Counted from the stretch's first letter, positions 36,957 to 47,464 are shown. The stretch: DNA of 64,000 nt from a virus (IMGVR_UViG_3300025122_000012:12207-76206); one strand, 5' to 3'. Notes: a model not told the origin generated them from the letters alone. Numbers and translations: made by a program.

Positions 36957-36979
36957 AGAAAAGTTGACCGAAGTCAGCT

Positions 36980-38803
36980 TTAGACTAGATCTTGTACAAT
37001 CACAAGACCATACATGTCTGGACGCACCATCTTCTTGGCGTATCGAGTCATGACTCCCTTGCGGGGCACGAAATCTTCAACACCGAAGATAGTAGGCGTA
37101 GTCTGTAGTGGCACGTACGGAGCGTAAACGTAGCCGCTTTCGAGGAAACTACCTCCGCGTCGACCAACAAGGATCAAACTACGGGGGAAGTATGGATCGA
37201 CATAAATGTCGAACTTCTTGGAAAGCGAACCGACCTTCACGGTTCCGATATCACCACGATCGCTATCAGCAGTCACGTTAGCGCGGAAGCCAGCCGTGAA
37301 CTCAAGGATGTTGGCAACTTCAGGTCCGCAGACAACAAAGTTGGCAGCACCGCGTAGAGTCTTGCGGTGGATCTGGGCAGAAACATCGTTGATTGTCTCA
37401 ACGAGAGTCTCATACCACTCACTAACGTTACCAGTGAAGTCAGGCGTCGTCGACGCACCGATTTCCACACCGGTCTCCCGATTGACGAAGCGTCCAGCTG
37501 CACGGGACCAGTACCGAGTACCAGCCGTAGAGCCACGAACGAGATCTTCAACAATCTCACGATCGATTTCAAGAGCGATCTGCTCAGACAGAATCTGAGT
37601 AAGCTCGACCTCGGCATCAAGGTTGTGGTAGGCGTTAAGATCCTGTCCTAACTCCGGAGTCCACTTAGCCTTGAGCTTCTTGGTAACCGCGGTGACGGCC
37701 ACACTGTCGACCTTGATGTCGATCTCAGGAATGTTTGGACTATTCTCTAGTCCCCACTCGCTTCCACCAACAACAGAACCAAGGGCTCCGCCATTATCAA
37801 AGTCATCAGTCTCGGGATAAGACCACGTGTTGGCACCTGCGGCGCCGCCAGTGACCTGCATCGCTAGCGGGCTCGTACCCCCACTATCCGTGGTCGAAAA
37901 CGTCATTAGTATATAATCCGAACTTCGATCGCCGACTGCGGCCCCATTTGAGGACGAACCGAACATCGAAAGGCGTCGAACCAGACGACCGGTAACAGTA
38001 TTGGCACTACCGGAAGCATTCAGGATGTTAAATCCACCATGGCCTGCAGTACCAGAAACCTGGATGGCCACAAGGTCATCAAGGTTGAGACGGCGCCCTT
38101 CGGCGTCGAAGTTGGTTACCAAGGTCTCGGCAACAATCACAGACGAACCAGAAAGATCCGGGTCGAACTGGGTCAGGGACCCAAGCGTGACATGACTGTC
38201 GACGCCACTGGTACTACCCGTCTTGTTATTATCAGTTCCGGCGGTACCGGAAACGACAACACGCCAGAGACTACCAGCGAGGCCGCTTGAGCCAGTTGGA
38301 GACGAATAGCCGTTGTTAAGGGCATACGGGCCCTGCTGCGGGAGTGCACCCGAAGCGAGATCCACACCACCGGTGATCTGCGCACCAACAACTCCACCAC
38401 CATACAGTGACGAAGAAGCGGGATAACCCAGACGTCCAGGTGAACTGGAGCGATCCCCAATCTCACCAGAAACGGTGAAATCCAGGAAGAAGATGAGGCC
38501 CGAAGGCAAACTCATCGGTTGAACGCTGACGAGATCGTTAGCGATCAGTGAGCCGAATACACGGCGGACGAGGGGGAATGCGACAGCCGCAAAACCCTCG
38601 ACGTCGCCAGCTTGCATAGAGCTGGACTCTCGGAGTAACTCTTTTGCTTGATTTTCAAGCAGTCGAGCCATCCCATTCCGAATCGTATCATCACCTAGTC
38701 CCTCTAGAAGACCGGTACTTTCCCACTTATTAATAAGTGTAGCACCTTCCTTCGCGAGGTCCCGATTAACGATACCTTCGGTTAATTTTTGTACGATAGA
38801 CAT
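36980..38803 (-). CDS. Major capsid protein (gp23-like)
   Basis: KW..LLEGL, PLVRRVF, VQPMSLPSGLIF, KLKAKWTPELGQDL..H..DAE, YAPYVPL, GVMTRY. Confidence 0.97.
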   Translation of the reverse strand: MSIVQKLTEGIVNRDLAKEGATLINKWESTGLLEGLGDDTIRNGMARLLENQAKELLRESSSMQAGDVEGFAAVAFPLVRRVFGSLIANDLVSVQPMSLPSGLIFFLDFTVSGEIGDRSSSPGRLGYPASSSLYGGGVVGAQITGGVDLASGALPQQGPYALNNGYSSPTGSSGLAGSLWRVVVSGTAGTDNNKTGSTSGVDSHVTLGSLTQFDPDLSGSSVIVAETLVTNFDAEGRRLNLDDLVAIQVSGTAGHGGFNILNASGSANTVTGRLVRRLSMFGSSSNGAAVGDRSSDYILMTFSTTDSGGTSPLAMQVTGGAAGANTWSYPETDDFDNGGALGSVVGGSEWGLENSPNIPEIDIKVDSVAVTAVTKKLKAKWTPELGQDLNAYHNLDAEVELTQILSEQIALEIDREIVEDLVRGSTAGTRYWSRAAGRFVNRETGVEIGASTTPDFTGNVSEWYETLVETINDVSAQIHRKTLRGAANFVVCGPEVANILEFTAGFRANVTADSDRGDIGTVKVGSLSKKFDIYVDPYFPRSLILVGRRGGSFLESGYVYAPYVPLQTTPTIFGVEDFVPRKGVMTRYAKKMVRPDMYGLVIVQDLV

Positions 38804-38824
38804 TTATAACCTCCTAAATATAGT

Positions 38825-40000
38825 TTAGTCTAATCCTGCTAAACGCAGCATGCGATCCATTCTTGGATCATTGGGCGCCTTGCTTTCTTTTTGTGAGCTA
38901 AGGAGTAGTGAAGTAGGACGCGATATGGCTTCACGAAGTGTTTGTGGTCTCGAACTATTCCTAGATTGCGAAACGCCCACTGCGTTTTGAATTGTTGCGA
39001 ACAATACTTCAGTTTCCTCAACAGAATTGGCACGACTAACAGCTTCGACAATTTGGTGTTTTTGTCGCTCATTCAAGGAGGTGCTGCCTAATGCCTTGTT
39101 TTGGTAAACAAGCTTGGCATTTGCCAGGTTCAACTTTCTAAGCTGAACTTTGGCCTCTTGTAACAAAGATTTTAACTCTTTAACAGAAACATTAAGATTC
39201 ATGATTCTTCCCTCATAGAGGTCGACGTCAGATTCAGTCGAAACTGAACTCGCCTCCTCTTCTAATTCCTCACCGTCTTCGCTGAGGTGTGCCGCTGAGG
39301 CTGCGGCAATTGCATTGTTGTTGGCTTCCTCGGTGCTATTATAAGCAGACCCGAGCGAAGACCATCCCTGGAGTTCTGGTGACATGTCTACATTGAGAAG
39401 TTCGCTAACTAATGAGTCGAGCATCTCTTCAGACAAATCAATTTCGTCATCTAAGCCTTCTTCCACGGCGGCCTTCTCAATATCTTCATCGCTCTGAGAT
39501 TGTGACTCTTTCTCGGCCGCTTGGCTGACCGGGTCATCTTCCAGACTAGCTTCTCCGGGGGTTTTAACCCCCAAAAAGCCAATTCCATCCTCCTGCAGTT
39601 CCATTGCGGTTTCTTCAGAGCCCATTAACTCATCCGGGGAGGCAGAAATTCCCTCGGCTTCTTCTTCTTCAAGACGAGCCTTCAATTGATCGAAATTAAT
39701 CTCTACGATTTCATCCTCGGCGGGGGCATCCAACTCTTCAGTTTGAAAAGCAAAGGGAGTTTCTTCCAAAAATGAGGCATCACCCGGTGTAACAGGTTCG
39801 GCGCCGCCGCCGGCCGGTTCAGCGCCCAGGTCGCCGCCCAGCTCATCGCCTAGGCCTAGATCATCTTGCTCTAATAGACGCGTTAGTGCACTTTTCACTT
39901 CGGACGAATACTTTTCTAATACCACATCCTCAGCATTTTTCAATGCTGCTTCCTTAAGTGCTTTCGCATCAATTATTGCTTCTTCTAACAACGAAGACAT
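38825..40000 (-). CDS. Prohead core/scaffolding protein
   Basis: Very acidic, many LxE sites, C-terminal RMLRLAGL; immediately upstream of MCP. Confidence 0.78.
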   Translation of the reverse strand: MSSLLEEAIIDAKALKEAALKNAEDVVLEKYSSEVKSALTRLLEQDDLGLGDELGGDLGAEPAGGGAEPVTPGDASFLEETPFAFQTEELDAPAEDEIVEINFDQLKARLEEEEAEGISASPDELMGSEETAMELQEDGIGFLGVKTPGEASLEDDPVSQAAEKESQSQSDEDIEKAAVEEGLDDEIDLSEEMLDSLVSELLNVDMSPELQGWSSLGSAYNSTEEANNNAIAAASAAHLSEDGEELEEEASSVSTESDVDLYEGRIMNLNVSVKELKSLLQEAKVQLRKLNLANAKLVYQNKALGSTSLNERQKHQIVEAVSRANSVEETEVLFATIQNAVGVSQSRNSSRPQTLREAISRPTSLLLSSQKESKAPNDPRMDRMLRLAGLD

Positions 40001-40033
40001 AGAATTAACTCCAATTCCGATAGGTAATCAAAA

Positions 40034-40040
40034 TAAATAG
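40034..40040 (-). promoter_or_regulatory. Putative late promoter CTATTTA upstream of scaffold-MCP
   Basis: Recurrent motif. Confidence 0.65.
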
Positions 40041-40124
40041 TATGTAAGACAGGGAAATGACTAATAGTTGTGATTTCAATGCAGGGAGAAGTTGTTTTAT
40101 TGATCATTGGGGGGCCCGGGCCGT

Positions 40125-40940
40125 TTAGTTATCAGACAATCTCCACACTCGTAACGAATCGATATTGTTTGAAGGTCCGGTGGAGACGGCGTGGTAGCCG
40201 GCCGCAGTTAGAACAACGCGCGCGGTTGACGGCTTTGTAAGCAACCCTGTGGAGAGGTCTGCGCCGCGGCCTCTCATATTGGGGCCAGTAACAGAAGCCC
40301 AGAGCGTACCCCGCTTTGTTCCGCCGTCTACAGTGGCATCCTGTGAGTCGCTTGTATAACAGGTCCAAAGACCACTGCTTTCTAAGTAAACCCAATATGT
40401 TTGCTCGCTTCCGGTAAAGCCGGCGCTGGAGTCGCCAGTCTCTTCTGCCGCTCCCAAGAAGAAATAAATCGCATCGACTCCATTATGATAAGTTCCAAAA
40501 AGCGGGCTATAGCCCTTGGTCTTGGCGGCGGTATTATAGAATCCAAAGAGCATGCGCGCGTAGTTCCCGGCGGGGCTTTGAAAACCGGGGGTAATTATTT
40601 GCACTGCATATCTGGATGAATCAGTAAGACTGCTATCTAGGTCGCTAAGGTCTATCGCTAGCGCAGGCGTGTCCTGTTTGGCCCCATACCAGTCGCACAC
40701 CCCTGTTCCTTTGGGGTGCAATACAAGAGTGCTGCCATCTGGACCGAAGGTATTTGCATTTCCGCCGTTTTGGATATCCCAAGTTTTTCCGTCCAAGGAA
40801 ACCGAAGTCTCGCCGGTCCAATCAGCCGATGACAAAGACGTAAAATCAATCTCTGTTAATAATACAGAACCATCTAACTCCACTCCACTAATGCCTTTTA
40901 TTCTGCTCATTTCTACTCCTAGTATGCTCGTAGCTCCCAT
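40125..40940 (-). CDS. Hypothetical virion-associated protein
   Basis: 271 aa, Ser/Thr/Gly/aromatic-rich; in fibre cluster. Confidence 0.6.
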   Translation of the reverse strand: MGATSILGVEMSRIKGISGVELDGSVLLTEIDFTSLSSADWTGETSVSLDGKTWDIQNGGNANTFGPDGSTLVLHPKGTGVCDWYGAKQDTPALAIDLSDLDSSLTDSSRYAVQIITPGFQSPAGNYARMLFGFYNTAAKTKGYSPLFGTYHNGVDAIYFFLGAAEETGDSSAGFTGSEQTYWVYLESSGLWTCYTSDSQDATVDGGTKRGTLWASVTGPNMRGRGADLSTGLLTKPSTARVVLTAAGYHAVSTGPSNNIDSLRVWRLSDN

Positions 40941-40943
40941 TTT

Positions 40944-41873
40944 TTAACCTATCTCAACATATGTTGCGTCCGGATTAAAATAGATTACATTTGTTGTATC
41001 CGTGCTATAACCTACGGTCCTTACATAAGAATCGCTGGCTGACGGAACTTGATCGCTTATGTACCCGTTGCTTCCGGAATGTACATAAACCGGTCCCCCT
41101 TTTACAAAAGAACCTGAATAATAAGTGTGGACATCAAAAAATCCACGAATCAACATTCCATCTTCGGCCGGTTTGGCGCCCATTGAAATCCCAAGAAATT
41201 GAGTGTGACCGCTGCCCGTGGCTTCGGCCGAGGCCGATGCCCATCCGCCATCACTGTTAAGATAATAGAGGGCCCCTGTTTCGAGTCCCGCAGACGAAGT
41301 CCCAAAAAATACCACCTCGCCGCCTCCTTCGTCATTATCAAGGTTTGTGGGATCCCCAGATCCGGTGTAATGTATATCAAGCGAGACAGCAGGCGCCGAA
41401 GTGCATATACCGACTCTATCAACTCCCCCCGATACATATAGAGCATAGTCGGTATTGGTTGTCATAACCTTAAAGTCGGTTGCGTCGCCCGAGGTACCAA
41501 TTGATACGGTATCTAGACCATTCTCGTCTAGAGTCAGCATGGCTTTACCGCCGCACGTAAAGAGCATTCCATCAACCCCGGGTGTGCCGCCGCCCCCAAG
41601 TTTAATATGAGTGTCAGTATCATTATTGTTAATGATATAAGCAGTACCTGCCGAGCCGACACTTATATACCCCTCTACATCAAGAGTATAATCGGGGGAA
41701 TCTGTGCCGATCCCCACTCTCGCCGTTGAGCCGCTTACAACAAAAACGGTAGTGCCGCCAGCAACAACTCCTACGGCGTCCTCGTTCCAGTCTAAATACG
41801 TATTTCCCTGTGCATCATCCTCATTATAGATGTCGCCGCGCTCTACGGAACCTGTTGCAAACTTATATGCCAT
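40944..41873 (-). CDS. Fibre-like virion protein
   Basis: RVGIGTDSP..TLDV repeats; N-terminal MAYKFATG; C-terminal VRTVGY..IYFNPD. Confidence 0.7.
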   Translation of the reverse strand: MAYKFATGSVERGDIYNEDDAQGNTYLDWNEDAVGVVAGGTTVFVVSGSTARVGIGTDSPDYTLDVEGYISVGSAGTAYIINNNDTDTHIKLGGGGTPGVDGMLFTCGGKAMLTLDENGLDTVSIGTSGDATDFKVMTTNTDYALYVSGGVDRVGICTSAPAVSLDIHYTGSGDPTNLDNDEGGGEVVFFGTSSAGLETGALYYLNSDGGWASASAEATGSGHTQFLGISMGAKPAEDGMLIRGFFDVHTYYSGSFVKGGPVYVHSGSNGYISDQVPSASDSYVRTVGYSTDTTNVIYFNPDATYVEIG

Positions 41874-41884
41874 AATCGTTTATC

Positions 41885-43063
41885 CTAGAAGATGTTCCAT
41901 TGGGTACCGTCGCTGATAAGGAACACAGAGGCTCCGGCAGTCTCCAGCGTTAGCTCACCATTTCCATCAATAACGTCTGCTATGTCGGAGCCAGTAATAG
42001 TTACAGTGCCGCTCATCAGTCCATGGCGCTTAACAGCATATTGATAATTTGCGCCAACACTAGCCGAGGGCAAGATCATCGTAATAGTGGCGGTGCCTCC
42101 GCTAACCACCTGATACATAGTGGCGGTTGAGGCAGTCAAGTGCGTATTGGTGGTAACGGTGGTCACTTTGTATTGGGCGCCACCACTTACCGCTAGTTGT
42201 CCCCCGAAAATTGTGTTGCCCACCACCTGTGCGCCGGCCGAGCTTGAAAGCAGCCCGCTCAATGTGGCCGTTGTTACGCCCGCAAGAGCACCAGCATTCG
42301 TGATTCCCCCCACCTGAAGATTGAGAGAGGTCAGCACGCCGGCTTCCCCTTGAATCCCCGAACCGGATATCGTACTAGAGAATGTAGCAGTTGTGCCCCC
42401 GGCGACAGCGCCGGCATTCGTAATTCCGCCGACCTGAAGGTTGAGAGAAGTCAGTGTACCAGCTTCCCCACTGAGGTTGGCGCCCGAGATGGCGCCAGTG
42501 ACATTCAATGTACTACCAAGATTTGCCCCTCCTTGGAACAGAAGATCGCCAGAGCCCGAAAGGGCGCCGGACATGTTAATGTCGGACATGGAGCCAGTAC
42601 CGGCGAAAGTGACCGAGCCCGAAACTTTTAGGTAGCCCGAGGTTTCAAGGCCGGTGGACGAATAGTGGCGCGCGGAGCCTGAAACATTTCCAGCAATACC
42701 TGTTAGATTTGAGCCGTCACCATGATAGGCGCCCGAAATTGCAATGTCGCCCGAAGACGAAATGGAGCCGACGAATACACCACCAGCAGAACTGGAAACT
42801 GCACCCGCTAAGGTCGTAGACCCGGTTACTTTGAGATAACCGGATGTCTCTAGGCCCGTTGTCAGTTGTGCAGTCGTACCTGAAATTGACGTAACAGTAA
42901 GACCGGTAATACCCGCACCATCTCCAAACAACGTTGCTGCATGCACGGCTCCCGTTACGGCAATGTCCCCCGATGAAGACATAGAGCCTACCGCTCTAAT
43001 TGTAGATGAGCCCGAAACGAGTCCGGCGAGGTGTGCTGCACCTAATTGAACCTTATATGCCAC
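41885..43063 (-). CDS. Ser/Gly-rich fibre protein (start corrected to GTG 43063)
   Basis: Paralog of 43186-44085; SD GGGAGA; ETSGYLK modules. Confidence 0.75.
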   Translation of the reverse strand: MAYKVQLGAAHLAGLVSGSSTIRAVGSMSSSGDIAVTGAVHAATLFGDGAGITGLTVTSISGTTAQLTTGLETSGYLKVTGSTTLAGAVSSSAGGVFVGSISSSGDIAISGAYHGDGSNLTGIAGNVSGSARHYSSTGLETSGYLKVSGSVTFAGTGSMSDINMSGALSGSGDLLFQGGANLGSTLNVTGAISGANLSGEAGTLTSLNLQVGGITNAGAVAGGTTATFSSTISGSGIQGEAGVLTSLNLQVGGITNAGALAGVTTATLSGLLSSSAGAQVVGNTIFGGQLAVSGGAQYKVTTVTTNTHLTASTATMYQVVSGGTATITMILPSASVGANYQYAVKRHGLMSGTVTITGSDIADVIDGNGELTLETAGASVFLISDGTQWNIF

Positions 43064-43087
43064 AAAAGTGTCTCCCGATGTACACAA

Positions 43088-43094
43088 TAAATAG
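43088..43094 (-). promoter_or_regulatory. Putative late promoter CTATTTA
   Basis: Recurrent motif just after a terminator. Confidence 0.65.
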
Positions 43095-43106
43095 CTTCTT
43101 AAATGC

Positions 43107-43138
43107 AAAAGAGCGTCTACTCCGAAGAATAGACGCCC
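43107..43138 (-). terminator. Intrinsic terminator
   Basis: GGGCGTCTATTC-TTCG-GAGTAGACGCTC-TTTT. Confidence 0.9.
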
Positions 43139-43185
43139 TTAAGATTTTGTATCTAAGTTTTATCTTAGAGAGTTTTATCTTCGAC

Positions 43186-44085
43186 TTAGAAGATGTTCCA
43201 TTGAGTACCATCCGCAATCAGGAATACAGAGGCTCCAACAGTTGACAGAGTAATGCTTGCATTTCCATCAATCAACTGTGAGGCCGCATCTCCGCCGCTA
43301 CCGGTAATAACAACATTTCCACTCATAAGCGAGTGGCGTTTAATCATATACGAATAGTTCGTGTTACTAGCCGAGGGCATAGTAAGTGTAATACCACTCG
43401 TTCCTCCACTCACGATCTGATAAGACCGGTCGCTAGAGGCAGTAAGTTCCGTATTGGTAATGATCGTACCTAGCTTGTGTCCTTCGGGACCAGAGAAAAC
43501 CGCTGTGGCCTTGACTTGCATAGTATCAGACGTCGAATCGCCGACAACCAGGTTACCACTGACATCCAGATTTCCACCAAAGATGGAGTTGCCAACAAAC
43601 TGAGCACCAACGCCACTTGAAACAAACGTTGCAGCATTGAAAACAATTGCACCGGGGGCGTTAATATCTAGATTTTGCCCTTGATTGGTAATCTTCGCAG
43701 TGTTAGACGAACCGTTGAAGGAGAGCGAGTTGCCCGACTCCATCCGAACCGTACCACTCATCTTCATCGCTCCAACAAAAACTGATGCACCAACAATCTC
43801 TGCCGCGGCAGAACTCGAAAGTTTGCCGGCGAGTGTAGTAGACCCGGTTACTTTGAGGTATCCGGATGTCTCTACGCCAGTGGTAAGCTGAGCAGTAGTA
43901 CCTGAAATTGCCGCAACAGTAAGGCCGGTAATACCGGCGCCACCACCATACAGCTGTGCAGCATGAATTGCTCCCGTAACGGCAATGTCGCCGGAAGATG
44001 AAAGGGACCCAACGGCTTTTACCGTTGACGAACCTGATATAAGGCCATCCGCGTGGAATGCGCCCTTTTGAAATTTGTATGCCAC
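43186..44085 (-). CDS. Ser/Gly-rich fibre protein
   Basis: GTG start with SD AAGGAGG; (M)AYKFQKG; C-terminal DGTQWNIF shared with neighbour. Confidence 0.75.
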   Translation of the reverse strand: MAYKFQKGAFHADGLISGSSTVKAVGSLSSSGDIAVTGAIHAAQLYGGGAGITGLTVAAISGTTAQLTTGVETSGYLKVTGSTTLAGKLSSSAAAEIVGASVFVGAMKMSGTVRMESGNSLSFNGSSNTAKITNQGQNLDINAPGAIVFNAATFVSSGVGAQFVGNSIFGGNLDVSGNLVVGDSTSDTMQVKATAVFSGPEGHKLGTIITNTELTASSDRSYQIVSGGTSGITLTMPSASNTNYSYMIKRHSLMSGNVVITGSGGDAASQLIDGNASITLSTVGASVFLIADGTQWNIF

Positions 44086-44272
44086 TTTAAATCCTCCTTG
44101 GTTATGGCAAAACGGGTGAAAAATTCATTAAATCATATGATTATGCGCACAATCTGAAAGAGTAAAAAATAAGATATATAAGTACCCACTCCCGTTTTTC
44201 TTCTATAACATATAGTGTGCCGCGTCGCAAACTCCCCTAATTGAAAAGATGTTTATACATATATTTTTAGAG

Positions 44273-47200
44273 TTAGTAGATGAACCAATTTGAGCCATCT
44301 GTGTAAAAGTGGGCGGCCCCATAAGGAGAGTTAATATCAAAGCTCGCAACTCCATCAATAGTTTCTGACCCATCGCCGTCGATCGTGATAGCGTTGGCGC
44401 CGGCTTGGCCGGTCTCATCTTTAATAACATAAGTTTTGCCGGTTCCGGCTGCCGCGGCTACTGGCAGTGTTAGGGTCACGGCGTTAGATGTAGGATCAAC
44501 CCCTATATAATAGTCTGTTACCAATACTGTGTAAGTCGCGGCCGTAATGGCACTTCGAGGATATGTAATACCTCCCCCAAACGTTGAACTACCCGACACG
44601 TTCAGTGCCGCCCCCAAGGTCACGGCTCCCACAGCCTGTAGAGTACTGGATCCAGATATAGAACCGGTGGCCACCACTGACGAAAGGGAGCCAGTCCCCA
44701 CCAAAGTTGTAGATCCCGTGACCCGTAGATACCCAGACGTTTCAAGGCCAGTTACAGAATAATGACGCGCGGAGCCTGAGACAGCGGCCGCTCCAATACC
44801 CGTTAAATTTGAACCATCGCCATAATAAGCAGCTGCATGAACGTTGCCTGTGACGGCTGTGTCTCCAGAGGAGGAAATAGAGCCCACGAGGACGGCGCCG
44901 GCCGATGAAGAAACAGCGCCAGCGAGTGTTGTGGAGCCTGTAACTTTCAAGTATCCCGAGGTTTCAAAACCCGCAACAGAGTAATGGCGCGCCGAACCCG
45001 AAACCCCTACGTTGGTCAAATTGGCCCCGTCGCCATAATATGCTGCCGCATGAACATTGCCTGTGACGGCTACATCTCCAGAGGACGAAACGGAGCTTCC
45101 GAAACGTGCTGTACTAGACGCAGATAACGTTCCCGTCATATTTAACGATGACACCGAACCAGTCCCCGCCAGGGTGACCGAACCAGAAGCCTTCAAATAG
45201 CCGGACGTTTCCATTCCTGTTGAAGAGTATTGACGTGCTGAGCCCGAAACGGCGTCGACACCGGTGAGGTTGGATCCGTCGCCATAATAGGATGCCGCGT
45301 GAACATTGCCTGTAACTGCCACATCTCCGGAGGACGAAACAGATTGAACAAAAGCAGCCCCATATGAAGACGAGAGTTGGCCGGCAGAGCCTAAGACGAT
45401 GTCACCGGTGCGGCCGTCGGCGCCCAATTGAAGATCCGACGAAGAACCTGCCCTGAGTTCGAGCACTGCATTCGAGACAAGATTAAAGGTACCTGCTCCA
45501 GTAGAAGTAATTTCTGCGCCGCCGCCCGGTGATGTGAAAAGGATCTGTGGCGTGGCGTTGCCGGCGTTTGGAGCTAAAGTGATATCGCCCGCATACACCT
45601 GACCACTGGAACTCACGCTACCTGCTACTGTAACAGCCCCTGAAACATTAAGAGTGCTCCCCAGCGTAGTGGCGCCTACGGTTTGCAAAGTGCTGGAGCC
45701 CGATATAGAGCCCGTAGCAACAATAGAAGAAAAAGAGCCAGTTGCCGCCAAAGTCGCAGCCCCCGACACGGCCAGAGTGCTCCCCAAAGTAGTGGCACCC
45801 ACAGCTTGAAGGGTGCTAGACCCGGACAAGGTACCAGATGCATTAACTGAAGAAAAAGATCCGGTTCCCCCCACGGTAAGCGTACCCGAAACGCTCAGTG
45901 CGCCCCCAAAAATAGAGTCGCCCACGATTTGCGTTCCCGCCGAACTAGAAAGAACGGCATCGGTGGGATTGTAAACAAGACCCGTGTTGCCCCCAAGCCC
46001 CAAAGAACCATCACTTTGAAAATCTTCTGTGAACACCACTCTATATGATAGATCACCAGTTGAGCTCGTGACGTCTATTCCGTCGGCTGAAAGATTAGTA
46101 AGGCCTGAGCCGTCGCCATATAAGGTAGCCGCATGGAGGGCGCCACTAAGAGCTACATCGCCGGAAGATGAAAGAGACGACGCCCACGTTGCTCCCGCCG
46201 AAGATGAAAGCGACCCAACTAAAGTAGTAGACCCAGTTACTTTAAGGTATCCCGACGTCTCCACCCCCGTAACTGAGTATTGGCGGGCGGCGCCAGACAT
46301 GGAAGTAAGGACACCGGTGAGGCCGGAGCCATCCCCATACAAAGTAGCTGCATGCAAGGCACCCGTCAAGGCCATATCGCCCGAGGAAGAGATCGACGAC
46401 CCCCAAACGGCTCCGGCTGACGAAGACAGCGAGTTTGCTAAGGTTGTAGACCCGGTCACCTTCAAATAGCCGGATGTCTCTAGTCCAGTAGCAGAATATT
46501 GACGGGCTGATCCGGAAGCACTGGAGCCCACACCCGCTAAATTCGATCCATCGCCATAATAGGTGGTGGCATGAATGGCACCGGTGACGGCAATATCACC
46601 CGATGAAGACACAGAACCAGCCCAGGTTGCGCCGGCCGATGATGAAATGGCACCTTGAAGAGTTGTGGAACCCGTCACCTTCAGATAGCCCGAACTTTCA
46701 ACGCCTGTCGAACTATAAACTAGCGCCGAACCTGATGGCGCCAAATCACCCGTAGCCGCAATAGTAAGACCGCCCCCGGCGCCGCCATCTGTCAGGGTAA
46801 TATTGCTCCCAGCAGTCAGTACTCGTTCTTGGGTGAGCGCATCCGTAGCTTCAAGCACCACGTACTGAGCATTGTTGGGGGCTTTGGGAACGGCAGGAGG
46901 TGGTGCCGGGGCGGGCTCTGATGAGGGTACGGCGCCCGGGCCAGATGTCACAATTTGCGGAGTCATCTCACCGCGGATGCGGAAGGTGCCGCGGCGCGCT
47001 TTTATGCACTCCGCACTAATTTGAAATTTGTGCTCTACTTGACCAAAGTAATAGCGCGTATCATTATAGGTTCGAGCAATCTCATAAAACTCATCTCCAT
47101 ATTGAACAAAATCTCCAACACGGACAAAAAGATCTTGGTCTTGTGTGAGCCTCTTGCGATTAAAATTAACTGTGAGCTTCGTTTGGTATTCATATCCGTA

Positions 47201-47464
47201 GCGCTCGTTCGTTTGTTCGTTTTCAACTGTAACGTACGCGTAAACACGCACAGGCGCAAGTGTAACCTTGTCAACAGCTTCGCCATAAATCGGGTGATAA
47301 TTAGAATCTTCTAAACTCACGGCGTAATAGGCTATAGTTTGGCCTACTACGCGCTCGGCGAGTTCATCATTTACTTGTTTTACTAGGTCACGTTCTTTTT
47401 TGCCAAAGAACATGGGTGGGGGCGCTGATTCAGGTTGGTCCCACTTATTTACTGGATCTGCCAT
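44273..47464 (-). CDS. Head-closure/neck protein (gp14-like) fused to a long repeat fibre
   Basis: About 165-aa N-terminal domain (IYGEA, VGDFVQY..FYEI), Pro-rich linker, six E(T/S)SGYL(K/R) modules, C-terminal ETIDG..DGSNWFIY. Confidence 0.7.
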   Translation of the reverse strand: MADPVNKWDQPESAPPPMFFGKKERDLVKQVNDELAERVVGQTIAYYAVSLEDSNYHPIYGEAVDKVTLAPVRVYAYVTVENEQTNERYGYEYQTKLTVNFNRKRLTQDQDLFVRVGDFVQYGDEFYEIARTYNDTRYYFGQVEHKFQISAECIKARRGTFRIRGEMTPQIVTSGPGAVPSSEPAPAPPPAVPKAPNNAQYVVLEATDALTQERVLTAGSNITLTDGGAGGGLTIAATGDLAPSGSALVYSSTGVESSGYLKVTGSTTLQGAISSSAGATWAGSVSSSGDIAVTGAIHATTYYGDGSNLAGVGSSASGSARQYSATGLETSGYLKVTGSTTLANSLSSSAGAVWGSSISSSGDMALTGALHAATLYGDGSGLTGVLTSMSGAARQYSVTGVETSGYLKVTGSTTLVGSLSSSAGATWASSLSSSGDVALSGALHAATLYGDGSGLTNLSADGIDVTSSTGDLSYRVVFTEDFQSDGSLGLGGNTGLVYNPTDAVLSSSAGTQIVGDSIFGGALSVSGTLTVGGTGSFSSVNASGTLSGSSTLQAVGATTLGSTLAVSGAATLAATGSFSSIVATGSISGSSTLQTVGATTLGSTLNVSGAVTVAGSVSSSGQVYAGDITLAPNAGNATPQILFTSPGGGAEITSTGAGTFNLVSNAVLELRAGSSSDLQLGADGRTGDIVLGSAGQLSSSYGAAFVQSVSSSGDVAVTGNVHAASYYGDGSNLTGVDAVSGSARQYSSTGMETSGYLKASGSVTLAGTGSVSSLNMTGTLSASSTARFGSSVSSSGDVAVTGNVHAAAYYGDGANLTNVGVSGSARHYSVAGFETSGYLKVTGSTTLAGAVSSSAGAVLVGSISSSGDTAVTGNVHAAAYYGDGSNLTGIGAAAVSGSARHYSVTGLETSGYLRVTGSTTLVGTGSLSSVVATGSISGSSTLQAVGAVTLGAALNVSGSSTFGGGITYPRSAITAATYTVLVTDYYIGVDPTSNAVTLTLPVAAAAGTGKTYVIKDETGQAGANAITIDGDGSETIDGVASFDINSPYGAAHFYTDGSNWFIY

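Noticed and set aside
43064-43108. Tracked upstream start of the 41885 fibre gene
   Set aside because: It begins in the terminator tail upstream of the late motif; GTG 43063 has an SD and matches paralog N-termini
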